Of a stretch of 64,000 bases of DNA, positions 34,512-53,290 are shown in pieces. A model generated the notes under the pieces. It was not told where the DNA came from. It saw only the letters and a list, made by a program, of their open reading frames with translations, and did no database searches. Origin of the DNA: Diadema antillarum (taxonomy: Eukaryota); the NCBI RefSeq assembly GCF_040938485.1, contig NW_027271017.1, positions 186,001 through 250,000 on the forward strand, read 5' to 3'. Both the position numbers and the translations under genes were made by a program. The stretch's first letter is position 1; every line of letters begins with the position of its first letter.

Positions 34512-34620
34512 ACGGAAGCTCGGTGATCTCGTGGAGATGACGCCTGTCCGGAAATCAGGAGGTCGTAGGTTCGAATCCTGCTCGAGTACGCACACCCATG
34601 ATTATCATGGCTACTACTAG
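34512..34620 (+). mobile_element. tRNA-derived SINE head
   Basis: A-box-like AGCTCGGTGATCTCGTGG, B-box GGTTCGAATCC (34568-34578) and a CCG anticodon-like arm; the acceptor stem does not close. Confidence 0.6.
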
Positions 34621-34823
34621 AACACTGATCAATTCAGTGCTTATTTACGTCGCTGTAGGGCAATTTGTCAGTCAGTTGCATGCAAAACTTATTTCCAACT
34701 GAATTGTGCCGATAGATGACATATCGTATATATCGTTGATCACTGTCTCTGCTGTTTTCTTTTTCCCTTTTCCTTCGTATCGACCCCTCCCGCCTTTTAA
34801 TTCGCCTAGAGAATGTCGCAGTA

Positions 34824-37800
34824 ATGACGACCGAACCAGAAGGGGGTGGCACAGCGGTAGTCATCGACTGCGGCTCTCGTACGTGCCGGGCGGGCTTCGC
34901 GGGGGAAGACGAACCACGGGTGACCTTCCCAGCCGTTGTAGGACGTCCGAAGAAACAGGTGCACCGCTATTGTCATTGTCATACTGTTCACTCGTTGGTG
35001 TTTTTTTTTTCTTGGAAGTATTGTAATCTATATATTTTCCCCTTCATCATATTATCCTCTTTCATGTTTCAATTCTAATGCATTTCTTCCTCATTTGCTT
35101 CTTCTTTTGGTTTTGTTATTTCTCAAAGTTCTTTGTAGAACAATTAGTTCATGCTTTTGTCATGTGCCACCATGATTTTTGTAATGGATTGCTTTATGGA
35201 TTGCCGGTCAAACAGATACAGAGATTACAATCAATACAAGACTCTGCTGCACGAGTAGTATCCAAAATCAGGAAACATGAACAAATTTCACCAGTTTTAA
35301 AAAGCTTACACTGGCTTCCAGTGAAAAATCGGATTTAGTTTAAGATACTGTTATTAGCATTTGAGTGTTTTCATATGTTTGCTCCACATTATCTAAGGGA
35401 GCTACTTCATATCTACACACCAGAGAGGAAATTTCGATCAAAAAGTAAAGATGTATTTATTATTCCATCCAGAAGAACCAAATTTTACGGAGAACGAACA
35501 TATGTTTTTAATGCCCCTACTTTATGGAATAATTTACCTCAGAAATTAAGACAAATTACTGATAGATTCAAGTCTGCCTTGAAAACGCATTTGTTTACAG
35601 TGTAAGCAAACATGAAGCTCGGTACCATCACTGTAAGTGCAATTGTATGTTTTTGTATAGTCTTTTCATTTTTTATTTCTTGAGCGCATATAAAGGGACA
35701 TTATCACTTTGTGTTATGCGCTATATAAGCACTGTCAATTATTATTATTATTATTATTAATTTCTGCCACCCCCTTCTTATTTTTTTTTTTTTTTTGCTT
35801 GTAGAATCCCTCCTTCTTTTGCTTCTCAATTTCCCGTTCTTATTAATCTCCTTGCGTTCTACCTTTCATCTCTTTTTGCTGTACTAGCTCCTTGCAGCTT
35901 TGAGGCTGCTTTTTAAACAAGAGCCTATACGGTATTAACGAACATTTTGTGATTAATATTGACACAAAAGCCGCGAAGTGGCCGATTCAAATTCGTTATC
36001 GTACACACCGTGAAATTTATGTAGGACACGTCAACCGACTCAGTGGGTGAGAAGGATTTTCATATCGGACGTGAAGCGGAGGAGAAGAGGGAGATGCTTC
36101 AGAAGAAATGGCCAGTAGAATTTGGGTTCATCTATAACTGGGACGACATGGAGAAGATCTGGCATCACACTTTCTACGACGAGCTCCAGGTCGTCCCCGA
36201 AGAACGCCCGGTCCTTTTCACTGAACATCCGATGAATCTCACAGTCTACAGGCAGAAGTTGGCGCAAGTGAATTCATTTTGCTTGATCCCATCCCACCCC
36301 CACCCCTATATCTGTTCCTTTGTCCTTCCTTACGTTGCCATTTCAGTGTACACGAGTGCGCGGACAATGGTCGATTAAGACAAGTAATAGATGTTGTGAT
36401 GAAATGAATGAAGTGTTAAATAGGTTACTTCTTTCAGAGAAATAAACGGAGAGAGGGAGAGATGAAAAAGTTGGAGATGTATAGATATGAAAATGCTTAC
36501 ATTTCTAGAATGGAGGGACTTTAATCTAAAAAAAAAGACGTAAATTGACTTCACACGCAAAGAAGAATTTGATTTATTTTTACGAGAGTATAATCAGTAT
36601 TACGCTCTATGTTCATGTCGTGCTTCAGCGGAATTGCTATGTACACATAGATTGGGGCAAACGGTGAGTAAAAAAAACCTAAGTACTCTAAGATTCGACT
36701 TATATTCCTTTAGGAAATGTTTGAAAAGTTTGAGGTGCCAGCCCTATACCTCCTCCCCCACGCCGTGGCATCCCTCATCGCTGCCGACATCACCACGGGA
36801 CTCGTGCTCGACGTCGGGCACGGCAGCATCCACACGATTCCCGTGTACGAGGGCCACGTGCTGAAGCATCAGGTGCGTCACATGGACTTTGCCGGTTCCA
36901 CACACTCTGAGTTGATGTTCGACCTGCTCAGAAAAAGGGGCTACCCGTTCGAGACCACCGGTGAGTAAAGACAAAAATAACATGTGATTTGTCATAGTAT
37001 TCCATGTGACTTCAATAAATGAAATAGAATCAGATAAGCAGAATAGCTAAAATTCATACAGAGAGGACATCAAGGACATAGAGTAAAAAGGTGAATGAAT
37101 TTTGTAAAATTGTGGTATTTTTGTTTGTTTGTTTGTTGTTGTTGTTTTTTGTTTGACTGACTTACTGATTAGAGTTAATGGTCGCAAAAAAGGTGACTGG
37201 TGTAGATTAAAGAGGTGATATAATATACGCCTCAAAACCTCCTGCTGGTTTGGACATGTAAGGCATCTGTGATTACCCTGATTTGGTAGATAATTTAACA
37301 ACTTACTATAACAACTGTTTTCCCTGCAAAAAGGCTACAATAATATTATAACGTTAAGGAAAATTTGAATTCTTGTTTTTATTTCCATTGCCATAGCGGA
37401 TTGGAGAGTTGCCACTGACATCAAAGAGAGGATGTGCTACGTCGCTCTCGACTTTGAAAGAGAAATGGAGATCGCAAACTCTATTATATCGTCGACGATC
37501 ACAGAGCACTATACTCTTCCAGACGGAAAAGTCGTGACCGTCGCAAAAGAACGATTCGTCGTTCCCGAACTCTTTTTCGATCCCAGTCTAATGGAACTCG
37601 AGGTGTCAGGCATCCACGAGATGATTCAGTATACGGTAATGAGATGCGACGTCGACATCCGGAACGATCTCCTGGCCAACATCGTACTCTCCGGTGGACC
37701 CACCATGTATCCCGGGCTTAGCGAACGACTGCAGAAGGAGCTTGCCATTTTGTTTCCGTCGTCAACGGAAGTTAAAGTAACGGCACCACGGAACCACGCT

Positions 37801-37917
37801 TCGTGGGTCGGAGGGTCAATGTTCGCTACCCAAAGCCCACTCAATGGGGGTCTATGGGTCTCTAAAGAAGAGTATGACGAATACGGACCTTGGATTGTTT
37901 CCAGACGCTGCTTCTAG
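34824..37917 (+). CDS. Divergent actin-like gene, locus 4 (381 aa), tandem paralogue of locus 3
   Basis: Exons 34824-34958, 36025-36267, 36714-36960 and 37397-37917. GT-AG, open frame ending ...WIVSRRCF*. Confidence 0.93.
35120..35760 (+). mobile_element. 5'-truncated L2/CR1-group LINE 3' fragment in intron 1 of locus 4
   Basis: Translates [17 protein letters not shown]...[21 protein letters not shown]...APHYL...[15 protein letters not shown]...[10 protein letters not shown], the typical L2 ORF2 C-terminus, with a stop codon and an (ATT)n tail. Confidence 0.88.
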
Positions 37918-37976
37918 CTCTTAAAATATTATCAAAACCATCATATTGCTCCACAAATTTAAGATTAAAGATAAGT

Positions 37977-38012
<36 letters not shown>

Positions 38013-38400
38013 GGGGGGGGGGGGGGATATCATTGTACTTAATATACAAATCACAATGGCTACAAGTGCGTTATCCTTAAAAAAGGAGCAGATATCAAAG
38101 GCGAGACGCTGCGTCAAGATCTTCAAGCGCATCTAAATAAGTTGTCTAAATAATCAGTTCTTAAATCTCTTGATTGGTGAGAGAAATTATTGGTTGTAAG
38201 ACAAAGTGTAAGATTTGTATCAATACTCAAATTCTCAAAGTACATATATGCGATAACTTTGTTGCTGTCAAATGTAACTCTTCGCAGTGCAGGCGTAACA
38301 TAATTATCAAAATCCTTGAAACACATAAACCTACTAATCTAAATTCCCCTGTCAAGAAACGTTCTCTCATAATCTCTGTTGTAACATCTAAAATTAGTCA

Positions 38401-38444
<44 letters not shown>

Positions 38445-38765
38445 GCTGTTGTTTCAAGAAACTATTTATGTATGACTAACCACGATATAGCTCGTATGAT
38501 CTGATGATAACGATAGTAATTTTGTTTGCCAAATCTTTCGGTTGTATTCATAAACGCATACATAAGTACATAACTATTATATCTACGTGCAATGCCAGAA
38601 AATCAAATCGTTGTTGTTGTTTTTTTGTAATAATATTCGAGCTTTCATCTGTAATGACGACCGTATCATTAATCATCATTATCATAATAATAATTTCCTA
38701 TTCTGCACTTTTACAAACAAACTGATTAGCGCTATTACAACAACAAAGACAACGACAACAACTGG

Positions 38766-38797
<32 letters not shown>

Positions 38798-39595
38798 AAC
38801 AACTAACAGAATACACCGACATCTTAATCAATATGATGGGCACAATTTGGCTTTGAGTTTCAGTGGATCACTTCTTTCCACCATGGACCCAAGGATCCAT
38901 GTTTCCACCATCTGATTATTGAATGTCCTGTCAACTTTTGAAAAGTTTATATTGCTTCCCTTATTACATTTTTTGTATTTATTTCTTTTCAACATGCTCT
39001 GTTTTGTAATATTCTTTTTCATTCACTTTGGACTACACGTATTCTTTGCACATCAATCAGTACAATTTGTGAAATGTACATTTGCATTATGTTTTACCTC
39101 ATTTGAAAAAAAAAGATAACTTTAATTGAATTGAATTGAATTGAATTGAATTGAGTTGAATTGATTTGAATCTAATTGAATTGTTAGTGTCGTTCTTGTG
39201 TTGATAGAGGGTATGCAACATCAAATTCCCTTCTGTGTTGGGCGTGGTTTGTAAATATACTTGCCTGAAAACCATGTTGTTCTCTGCGCTCTTTATTTCC
39301 TCGTGATTTTTAGGATAATTTCATATCACCCTTTCTTTCATTAATTTTATTTGTGCATTTCCCCTCTCTTTTCTCGTTTTCTTGTACCTAATTTTCTCTC
39401 TCTATTAACACACAAACATTCAACCACCCCGTACACATATAATGAGGATCTTCGTACATGTAATTTTATTTCACGTGGTTCACACAAATTTCAAAGATGA
39501 AAAGAAGATACTGTAATGCTTTATCAGCGTCCAACAGCTATTAATGGTACACCCATTAAAAGTTGTTGGATGCTGATGATGATGATATATATATT

Positions 39596-39790
39596 NNNNN
39601 NNNNNNNNNNNNNNNNNNNNNNNNNNNNNNNNNNNNNNNNNNNNNNNNNNNNNNNNNNNNNNNNNNNNNNNNNNNNNNNNNNNNNNNNNNNNNNNNNNNN
39701 NNNNNNNNNNNNNNNNNNNNNNNNNNNNNNNNNNNNNNNNNNNNNNNNNNNNNNNNNNNNNNNNNNNNNNNNNNNNNNNNNNNNNNNNNN
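39596..39790. other. Assembly gap (N run)
   Basis: 195 N. The equivalent position in the other arm (~54570-54660) is a CA/TA microsatellite. Confidence 1.
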
Positions 39791-41043
39791 NTCTAATCAA
39801 CTTATACTCTATATTAGTTGTTTCTTTTATGATTTAAAAGTCTTCATCTTCTCTCGTCCCCTGTGTCTCCCTGTCTCTTCCCTTTCTTTGTCTCTCTCTC
39901 TTTCTCTTCTCTACAAAATGAGCCACACAATTCAAAATGTGGGACAAAACCCATTCTTAATCTTTACCATGATATATATTTATTTACAATATTGCTTTAC
40001 AAAAATACATCGATATGATACATCTAGCGTTGTTTTCTGCTGCTCGGACAAAAAAAAACAAAAACATGATATTGCATTTATGTCTCAAAATGGTCTTCCC
40101 TAGGAAATTTCCACCTCCATGGTATACCATTCTACCTCTCGGATATAAAAAAAAAACCCCGAAATAACTTATTATTGCCTTTTTGTCTCAAAGGTGGTGC
40201 GTACCATAATTTATGCAGGTTCTTTCACAATTCGTTTGTGTCAACGTATATACTTTATTATATTTTCTTCTCTTATATTATTAGTTAACATGTACCGAAA
40301 GCATATGAGGACCTATTATTATGTCATTTTCACATGTCATTATCGTTCCCTACAATTACTGTCAGACTGATCAGGGTGATATTAAGATGATTAAGTTCGG
40401 TTTTGCCACTCTTCCGTTTTTCATAACTAAAAGATATGAAATCAATGCAACTGACACCAAATTACATGAAAACGGTTAACTTTGCTTACAGAAACGTATA
40501 CATTTTGCGATAAATACAGTGTACTTGTACTACCATAATATCTCGGAGACAGCGAGGGTTCACATTTCATAGACCAATATCGGTTGCATACGCTATCATG
40601 CTCCTTCTTACCTTAAGACGATCTGATGATATTGCAAATACTTTGCGATATCCTGCTTTCCGTTGTCCCCGCTATAACTGATATATTGTTTTTAAATCTT
40701 TTCCGCAGATAATCTGATTCTATAATCTTTTGTTTCTAATTGTAAAGTGTTGTTTTGCCACTTTTGTTGGTGACTGCTTTTAGGAACAAAGGCATCTTTC
40801 AATGAAATAAAACATGTGGAAACGCAAGACAAAGGTCTGTTCCTTTTTAACTTTGTTTGGTTGTCTAAACAACCAAACAATCTTGATATAACTTCAGCGA
40901 TAGCATGATCAGGTGCGTAAGACAGTAAGAGCGACGCACATGGCAGTTCCTTGATGGAACAGTCAACGCAACTCTTACTAAGTATGCCTACTACAGAATA
41001 CACAAGGTATATCAAAGTCCATAGAATTCAGCCTTGAAATGAT

Positions 41044-43804
<2,761 letters not shown>

Positions 43805-44258
43805 TTAGTGTATATTGTGTTTATCAAGGGAAGTCGTCCGAAACTGGAAGAAAACAATGATTAAAATGAAAAGTGTTAGCGCTCATTGTGTGAGAAAGGA
43901 CAGAGGCTTAAAAAAAAAATACACGCCTTGACCTGAACTGGAGGTGCATAGTCAAGAACATGGTTTTTGACCAGTATTTGTCTAATCTATTCTTGAAACT
44001 ATTTACAGACGTTGGAGGAATTTCATGAATTTTACAGGAAACAAGATTTTTTTTTTTTTGGGGGGGGGGGGAGGGGGAGGTGATGAAGTTTATCGGGCGT
44101 TCAGTTAGAATTTATCAAACCTTTTCAGAAAGACAATGTATAATTAGCCTTGTACAAAATCAAATGAGGAAAGAAAGAATCTTGAAAAAAACATGTAATA
44201 AGGGATTAACGTATATAATTATGACACTTAAAATTAGATAGTGTCAAATATCGTTTAC

Positions 44259-44521
44259 CTATAATTTGTTGCTGATCGGCTGACTGCTGACTGCACCGAA
44301 GACCTGGTTGAATTCCTGTTAACTTTTCTCAAGATGTCCCAAAACTTCTTCCTGGATGCTGGGTCCTATAGATGGTCACTTCTGTGTGTATGGCCGGTAG
44401 ATCTGTCTTCTCATGAAGGAAAGTTTCCAATGACTTATGAAGCTAGACCTCGTCCAGTATTTATACACATCTGGGATCAGAAATTACTTGCGCAATGTTA
44501 GATCGCAATGTCCTTATATGG
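44259..44521 (-). promoter_or_regulatory. Locus 5 promoter and non-coding first exon
   Basis: CArG box CCATATAAGG (44512-44521), TTGCGCAA (44488-44495), TATAAATA (44458-44465), leader donor AG|GTAAAC at 44258, acceptor at 43844. Confidence 0.8.
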
Positions 44522-46861
44522 TTCGCTCTGAAACCTAGATGATTCGATCTCAAAGGATCTTTTTAAAAACGATTACTGGAGCTGTGCGCATTTGAAATCT
44601 TGTCGTGGTATTGTCATGAATATTCATAGTCAGTTAGAATCGCCGGTGGCAGATAACGAAGTGAATAAACAAGACCAACTGGAGCAGAGTTTTGTTTGCT
44701 GTTGATTTGATTACTCATTCACTCTTCTATTGTTACTCTCTCCATACGCTCTGTCTGTCTCTCCCCTTCGCTCTCTCTTACAGATGTTTATAAGAAAAGA
44801 GCCAATCGCAAGCGGTGATTCACCAACATATATAACAATAAGAGTTTTTACATGATTCTATGTCCTAGGATAAAAATTGAAGGGTGCTTGACCACTTATG
44901 TACATTACGATGACATAACAAAGAAGGTAGGGCTATACATCTAATAGACAAACGCTAAATCATAATGATAATAAGATATTTGCTCTGAATCCTCGTATCT
45001 TTCAGCTTTTCATTCATACAGTGTATTTGCTGACGGAACCTTTCAACTGATTTTGAAGAGAGGGCGAAGAATAATGATTGTCCATCTGACAGACAGTAAA
45101 ATTTGATATCATTGTGAAATGTGACAGTCCATTAATCCTTAAAAAAATGTTGTCAGCACAATTACCAAAGAAAATGGATTAAAGCAATCGCAATTTGGTT
45201 ATTCGTAACTATCAACAAGAAAAACGGGATATGGAATAGGTGGTTATTGGGGTAGGTATTAATCTTCGGTAATTCCAGTCTCTCGTTTCACTGAATGATA
45301 CGGTTATCAATGTCGCAATAATAATGACTTGAGCGTTGTTATGATCACCATGTGTGTAAGTGTGTAGATGTATGTGTGTGTGTGTATGGAGGGGGGGGGG
45401 GGATGGAGCAGTTGCTCTCTAATACCTTATTTGGTCAACTACCTGTACACTGCTGCCCAGTCAACAACAGTATACAGCTTATAGATGGCAATATGAACCC
45501 ACCGTGGACATACCAAATAAGGCAGTCACCGGATCCACGACTTTTTTTTTTTTCAAATATGTCCCAGCAACCCGATAAATGTTTTTGTCTGACAAAAAAA
45601 AAATGCACATGGATGTACAACAAATCAATTTGCTCAGCGTCTTTAATTCATGAAATTTGAATAAAATTTTGATGCTTCTTTTTCATTCGCTCTTTCGCTC
45701 TCCTAAAATAGATAATAATGATGCTACTGCAACGTAAAGTAGCTGGGGTCCTCGGAATCTGAAACGGGAGCAACATTACATGAATTCTGTTGGAGGAATG
45801 TGCATTGCTCATTGTTTTCAATCGAAATCTTTTCTTTTTACCACAATATTAAGAAGAACGACATCACATTATGCTCTCTACGTACCGCCGAAAAATAAGC
45901 CGTGTTCACTCTTACCCTACCCTATATGGACTGCTCAACTCAGAAATCATAATTATCCACCGTACATACAGCAGGTTGCCAATGGGTGCAACAGATACCA
46001 TTGCTCTGTGTTTCGGGCATGTAAACACTGGCCAGGGTTCAATGCCCATATATGGAGACATCCGATTCTCTTGAGCGATCACAATTTGCATGACTGTTTA
46101 TCTGTACACACTAGAATATCGATTGACGATCCAGGATCAAAGTTAGTCTTTAAAGAATAGACAGCGATTCGGCGGCTACCTTGACTACCTACCCGTGTCA
46201 ATGCAATCAAAATTCTCGACCTTTTTGTTTTTTAACTGACATTACAGTGCTAATATTTTCAGCCTTTTAGTTTCATAAATCGTGGAAACCACGTATCATT
46301 CTGATTTGTCGACGAGTGAGTGTCTAAACCAGGCCTTCATGATTATTGATAAACTTGGGCGTTTGTATACACAAAATATGCTATAGAATTTCATTATCAG
46401 TAATTTTGCATCACAATATAAACAAAAAGCAGTTGAGTATTAGGGGCCTACCAAGAAAGCAGGAGACGTAATAGGTTACTCTGTTATTATCAACTTTTGC
46501 TATTCTTTGTTTGTTTGTTTTTCTCACATCATTCGCTTCATTTTGTGTTTTTCTGATTGTGTCATACGATTATTGACGGTGCTATTAACAGTGCCGATTC
46601 AAATTTACTTCTGTTCAAGGATTGTGAGAAATGTACCGGGCACTGATTTTGAAGACGTTTGATTTTGGCTTAATCTGGTAATCAACCACAACACTTAATT
46701 CAAAAATTGCTATGAAGAGGCCTGGGGGACCAATCACATCATATTTTGTTTATAAACGTATAAAACAAGAACAACAAATAAAAGCAAAAACAACAACAAC
46801 AACAACAAATCAAAAGTATTATAAAGTAGGTGTGACTTTGTAGCACTGTCTTTAACAGACT

Positions 46862-46892
<31 letters not shown>

Positions 46893-46929
46893 GTGAGGGA
46901 GGAAGGAAGGAGAACTTGTGTGTGTATAT

Positions 46930-46951
46930 TATGTGCATGTGTGCTTGTATG

Positions 46952-47000
<49 letters not shown>
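46930..47000. repeat. (TG)n microsatellite (with (GA)n at ~46862-46890)
   Basis: Directly visible. Confidence 0.95.
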
Positions 47001-47003
<3 letters not shown>

Positions 47004-47201
47004 TAGTTCTGTTTTCGTCTGTGTAAGTTGCATATGCAGTAACATAAACGGTCTGAAATCTAGACTACAGTATCTAAACGTACTCAATCCGCGAGTGTAC
47101 AGCTGTATTTTGGAGCACAACGTTCTAGTAACCCGTGCTAGATTGGTGGGGGGGGGGGGGGGGGGGGGGGGGGGCGGGGGCGGGGATGGTGATGACAAGC
47201 G

Positions 47202-49879
47202 GGGGAATCCCCAATCGTCATCCGAAGTGACTCACTAATCTTGGCCGTATGGGGGCTGGTCACTGCAGGAGACGTTTTGGGGTCAAGCATGATTGTCAAG
47301 AAAAAACAAAAAACAAAACATGACGCGTTCTGTGACTAACATGCTCACTTTAGTTGCTACCTTATCTATCATTACTGCCTCAGTAGTTGGAGTACTCCTC
47401 GTATACTTCTACTATTATCACAGCTGCCACTGTCTTTACTACTTCTATGATTGTAATATTTTACTACCACAGTACATGTACTACTTCTACTACTATTATC
47501 ACTATATCACAACTAAGACGAATTACTGCTCCTACCGTTTCCTTTGGTGCTTCTACTACAGTATCTAACACTTTCCACGTAATGTTCCATCTGTATTAAA
47601 GGACAAGTTCACCTTCATAAACATAAGGATTGAGAAAATGCAACAATATTAGTAGAACACATCAGTGAAAGTTTGAGGTAAATTGCACAATCGATGCAAA
47701 AGTTATGAATTTTTTAAATTTTTGTGTTGGAACCGCTGGATGAGGAGACTACTACAGCTTGTGAGTCATATGCGTACAACAGTACAAAGAAAATGTAAAA
47801 GAAAATTCAACATATTTTCACTTTTTTGGCATGATAAAAGTGCACTTGACTTGCCTCTTTCTAAAGGCAGGGGGAATAATATTACCCATAACATTTGTCG
47901 GTAACGAGTCAGGGGAATGTGTACTTTTTTCAAAAGATGGAATTTTGTGAAATTCTCCTTATATTTTCCTTATATTGTTGTACGCATGTGACATCTAAGT
48001 TATTCATACACTGCAGTAGTCTTCTCATCCAGCGGGTACTGCACAAAAACTTCAAAAATTCATAACTTTTGAACGGATTGTCTGATTTTCCTCAAACTTT
48101 CAATGATGTGTTCTACTAATATTGCTACATTCTCTCAATCCTTATGTTTATGAAGGTGAGCTTGTCCTTTAAAAGGACTACATGTTGTATAACCATTACA
48201 TTACATGTATTTTTATCAGAGATATATAAAAAACAAGCCTGTTTACTGTTATCTTAAATGAACTTTTCCCCTATATTCATGCTCGTAATGGAACTACGAA
48301 CTGGCTCATTTCAATTGCAGAAGGCAGTAGTGACGAATTGTTATTTACAAAATGAAGTAACTTAAGTGATCCGCACCTGTTACTCATGGGGGATTCCCCT
48401 TTTCATGGGGCGTGGCAGGTAAACAGATGACCACTCCAAACGCTTCATGAGGGGTAAACCAAACAACTAATCATCACTCACTGTGGACTTATGCCCAGTA
48501 ATCCTCTGAGTCACTCATATCGCCCCAGAACCATTATACATGGCTCTAAACCCATATAGGGGTATTCCCCTACGTGAAGAATAAGGTCATTCTGGAAGTA
48601 GTCTGATATCCAGACCTTGAAGGACTTTAAAGTGGATAGAGGAACAGTACACGGAGAACTGCGGAAATGCATCAATCATTGACACATTTTGAGTGATGAT
48701 ATTTAAAATGTACTAAACTTATTAATGAGGGAAGTTAAAGATCATGATAGAGAAAACGAAGGTAACTAGACGTATGCATTTATGCATGTACATTTAGGGC
48801 CTACTTCAGGAAAAATAAATCTTGTATTTTATCTATTATTTCGTTTGTTTGTTTGCTTGCTTGTTTTGCTTTGTTTTAGTTTGTGAGGGCCGTTTAAATG
48901 TTAAACGGCTGAATATTGTATTGTGAGCAGTGTAGCGGTGTAGGCCTATGTGTACATGATTATCCTCTAGTTACAAGTGCATTACGATTATAAGCTCGTC
49001 ACTGTATAGAAGTATAGAACACCAACAGCCACATAACTCATTATAGTTTCATAACACTTTTCGTATTCCTTGCACTCCGCGAACATGAACCAAAAAATGT
49101 GATTTGTTGAATTTGAATGGACATAATGCACTCAATTTATATGTAATACTAATACACTTACATACATTATACACACTGACTGGACTTCGGCGTTTCACAC
49201 TCAAAGAGGGTCTGCGTGGAAAGACTAGGTCTGTGTTTGCCGCATCCATTATTTGAACAGAAGCCCTCCTCGATTTATATGCAAATGAGATGATCCGAGG
49301 GACTCCGTATTGACACGTTCCAAATATGGACATGCTATTGTCGACTTCATATCGTGCCCTCTTGTTCGGCAGTGGCGTAATGGTCAGCCCCTAACTTGGA
49401 TGTCAGATCGTACGAGTATTTGACTCACTGCTGTCTTGCAAAATAGCCATGAATCTTACCGGAATTACTCGTAGCTCAGATCCAAATTATGCAAAGCTAA
49501 TATTTAATGTGATCAAGTTGATACCAACGGCGGTTCAGGTAACTAGGAACAAAACTGATTACACTTATATCATTCTGTGTTGATCGTGATGACAATGAAA
49601 AAAAAACAGAGGAAATTTCTTTTTGAATCGGTTGTTATTTCTTTATGTGCTCAATAGCGATACAATAGAAGAAACAGGAGAACGAATTTTTGATTAAATT
49701 TCATGCTTCAATCTCAGATTTTCCAATAGTTGTTTGTGTCTAATGCACATGTACACTCAGTCACGACACAAATTACATTTATGATTCTAAATACTTGTAA
49801 TGCGTGTAATGATGACTTATTTAGAATTGGTCAAGCTCCTACATTGTGTAAACGCTATCACATCCAAACCCCTGACTCA
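47202..49879. promoter_or_regulatory. Candidate enhancer cluster (NF-kB-type and AP-1-type sites) between divergent loci 5 and 6
   Basis: GGGGAATCCCC at 47202-47212, GGGGATTCCCC at 48389-48399, GGGGTATTCCCC at 48559-48570. TGA(C/G)TCA at 47228, 47762, 48507, 49421 and 49873. These are motif matches only. Confidence 0.4.
47600..48168. mobile_element. Foldback MITE with TTAA TSD (Kolobok-like)
   Basis: TTAA|AGGACAAGTTCACCTTCATAAACATAAGGATTGAG...CTCAATCCTTATGTTTATGAAGGTGAGCTTGTCCT|TTAA. Confidence 0.88.
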
Positions 49880-50174
49880 CTATGCACACTTATGGCCTCC
49901 TTTTTAGACATTGGGGGAGAGAGAAAGAAGGGGGATGGGTTATAGCAATAGAAGGTTCAATGAGTAATGCTTCGTTAGAAAACGAAGATCGAATAAACTT
50001 TGTTCAAAGTACAATGTAGTGCCTGACGCTTGTGCCAGGTTATCATGTTTACTCACTTTATTGTAACCGGTCACGAATGAATGCGCGCGCACTTAATGAA
50101 TATTCAAGTGGAGAAGTAACAAAACTAGAAATGCAGAGAATTGTTGTTTCTCAAAAGCCAGGTTTCCGGGTAAA

Positions 50175-50462
50175 CCATATAAGGCTACTGTTATCTAACC
50201 TTGCGCGAGTAATTTCTGATCCCTGATGTGTATAAAAAATACTGGACGAGGTCTAGCTTCATAAGTCATTGGAAACTTCCCTTCATGAGAAGACAGATCT
50301 ACCAGCCACACACACAGAAGTGACCATCTAGGACCCAGCATCCAGGAAGAAGTTTTGGAGCATTCTTGAGAAAATCTGAAAGGATATCCATATTCATATA
50401 GCACTACATCAACCAATTGCATTCAGCAATTTTGTAGGAAGCCGATCGTCAACAAATTATTG
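50175..50462 (+). promoter_or_regulatory. Locus 6 promoter and non-coding first exon
   Basis: CArG CCATATAAGG at 50175-50184, TATAAAAA at 50231-50238, donor G|GTAAGC at 50463, acceptor TTTTCAG at 50737. Confidence 0.8.
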
Positions 50463-50770
50463 GTAAGCATTATAGATAAGACTATTTAATTTTCGTTTTC
50501 AATTACATAAATTTTTATTACAAGTTTTCCGAGGATAGTTCTTTTCTTCATTTTTATTTAATGTGAAGATAATTATGCACAGAGTTCTTCTGAAATGGTT
50601 TTATAAATTCTAAATAAATTCCCGACAAAAAAAAAAAAACAAACTACACAACAAAAATAGTCTCGGTTTCATGTAAAGTTCATCAATAATGAGAGCTATC
50701 ATTTTTAATTTCTATCATTTATTCATTTCATTTTCAGACAACATCCCTTCGCTTTTCAATCTTTTTATAA

Positions 50771-53290
<2,520 letters not shown>

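Noticed and set aside
34512-34590. Possible tRNA-Arg gene
   Set aside because: It has a B-box and a CCG-like arm, but the acceptor and D stems do not close and there is no terminator. It is better explained as a SINE head.
32548-38027. (C)n(A)n after the locus 3 stop and (T)n(G)n after the locus 4 stop; other poly-G runs, e.g. 47148-47185
   Set aside because: Homopolymer junctions recur throughout the window, and their lengths are unreliable in assemblies. No specific function can be supported.
39480-40103. ORFs spanning N runs (also 18872-19105)
   Set aside because: These are artefacts of translating assembly gaps.
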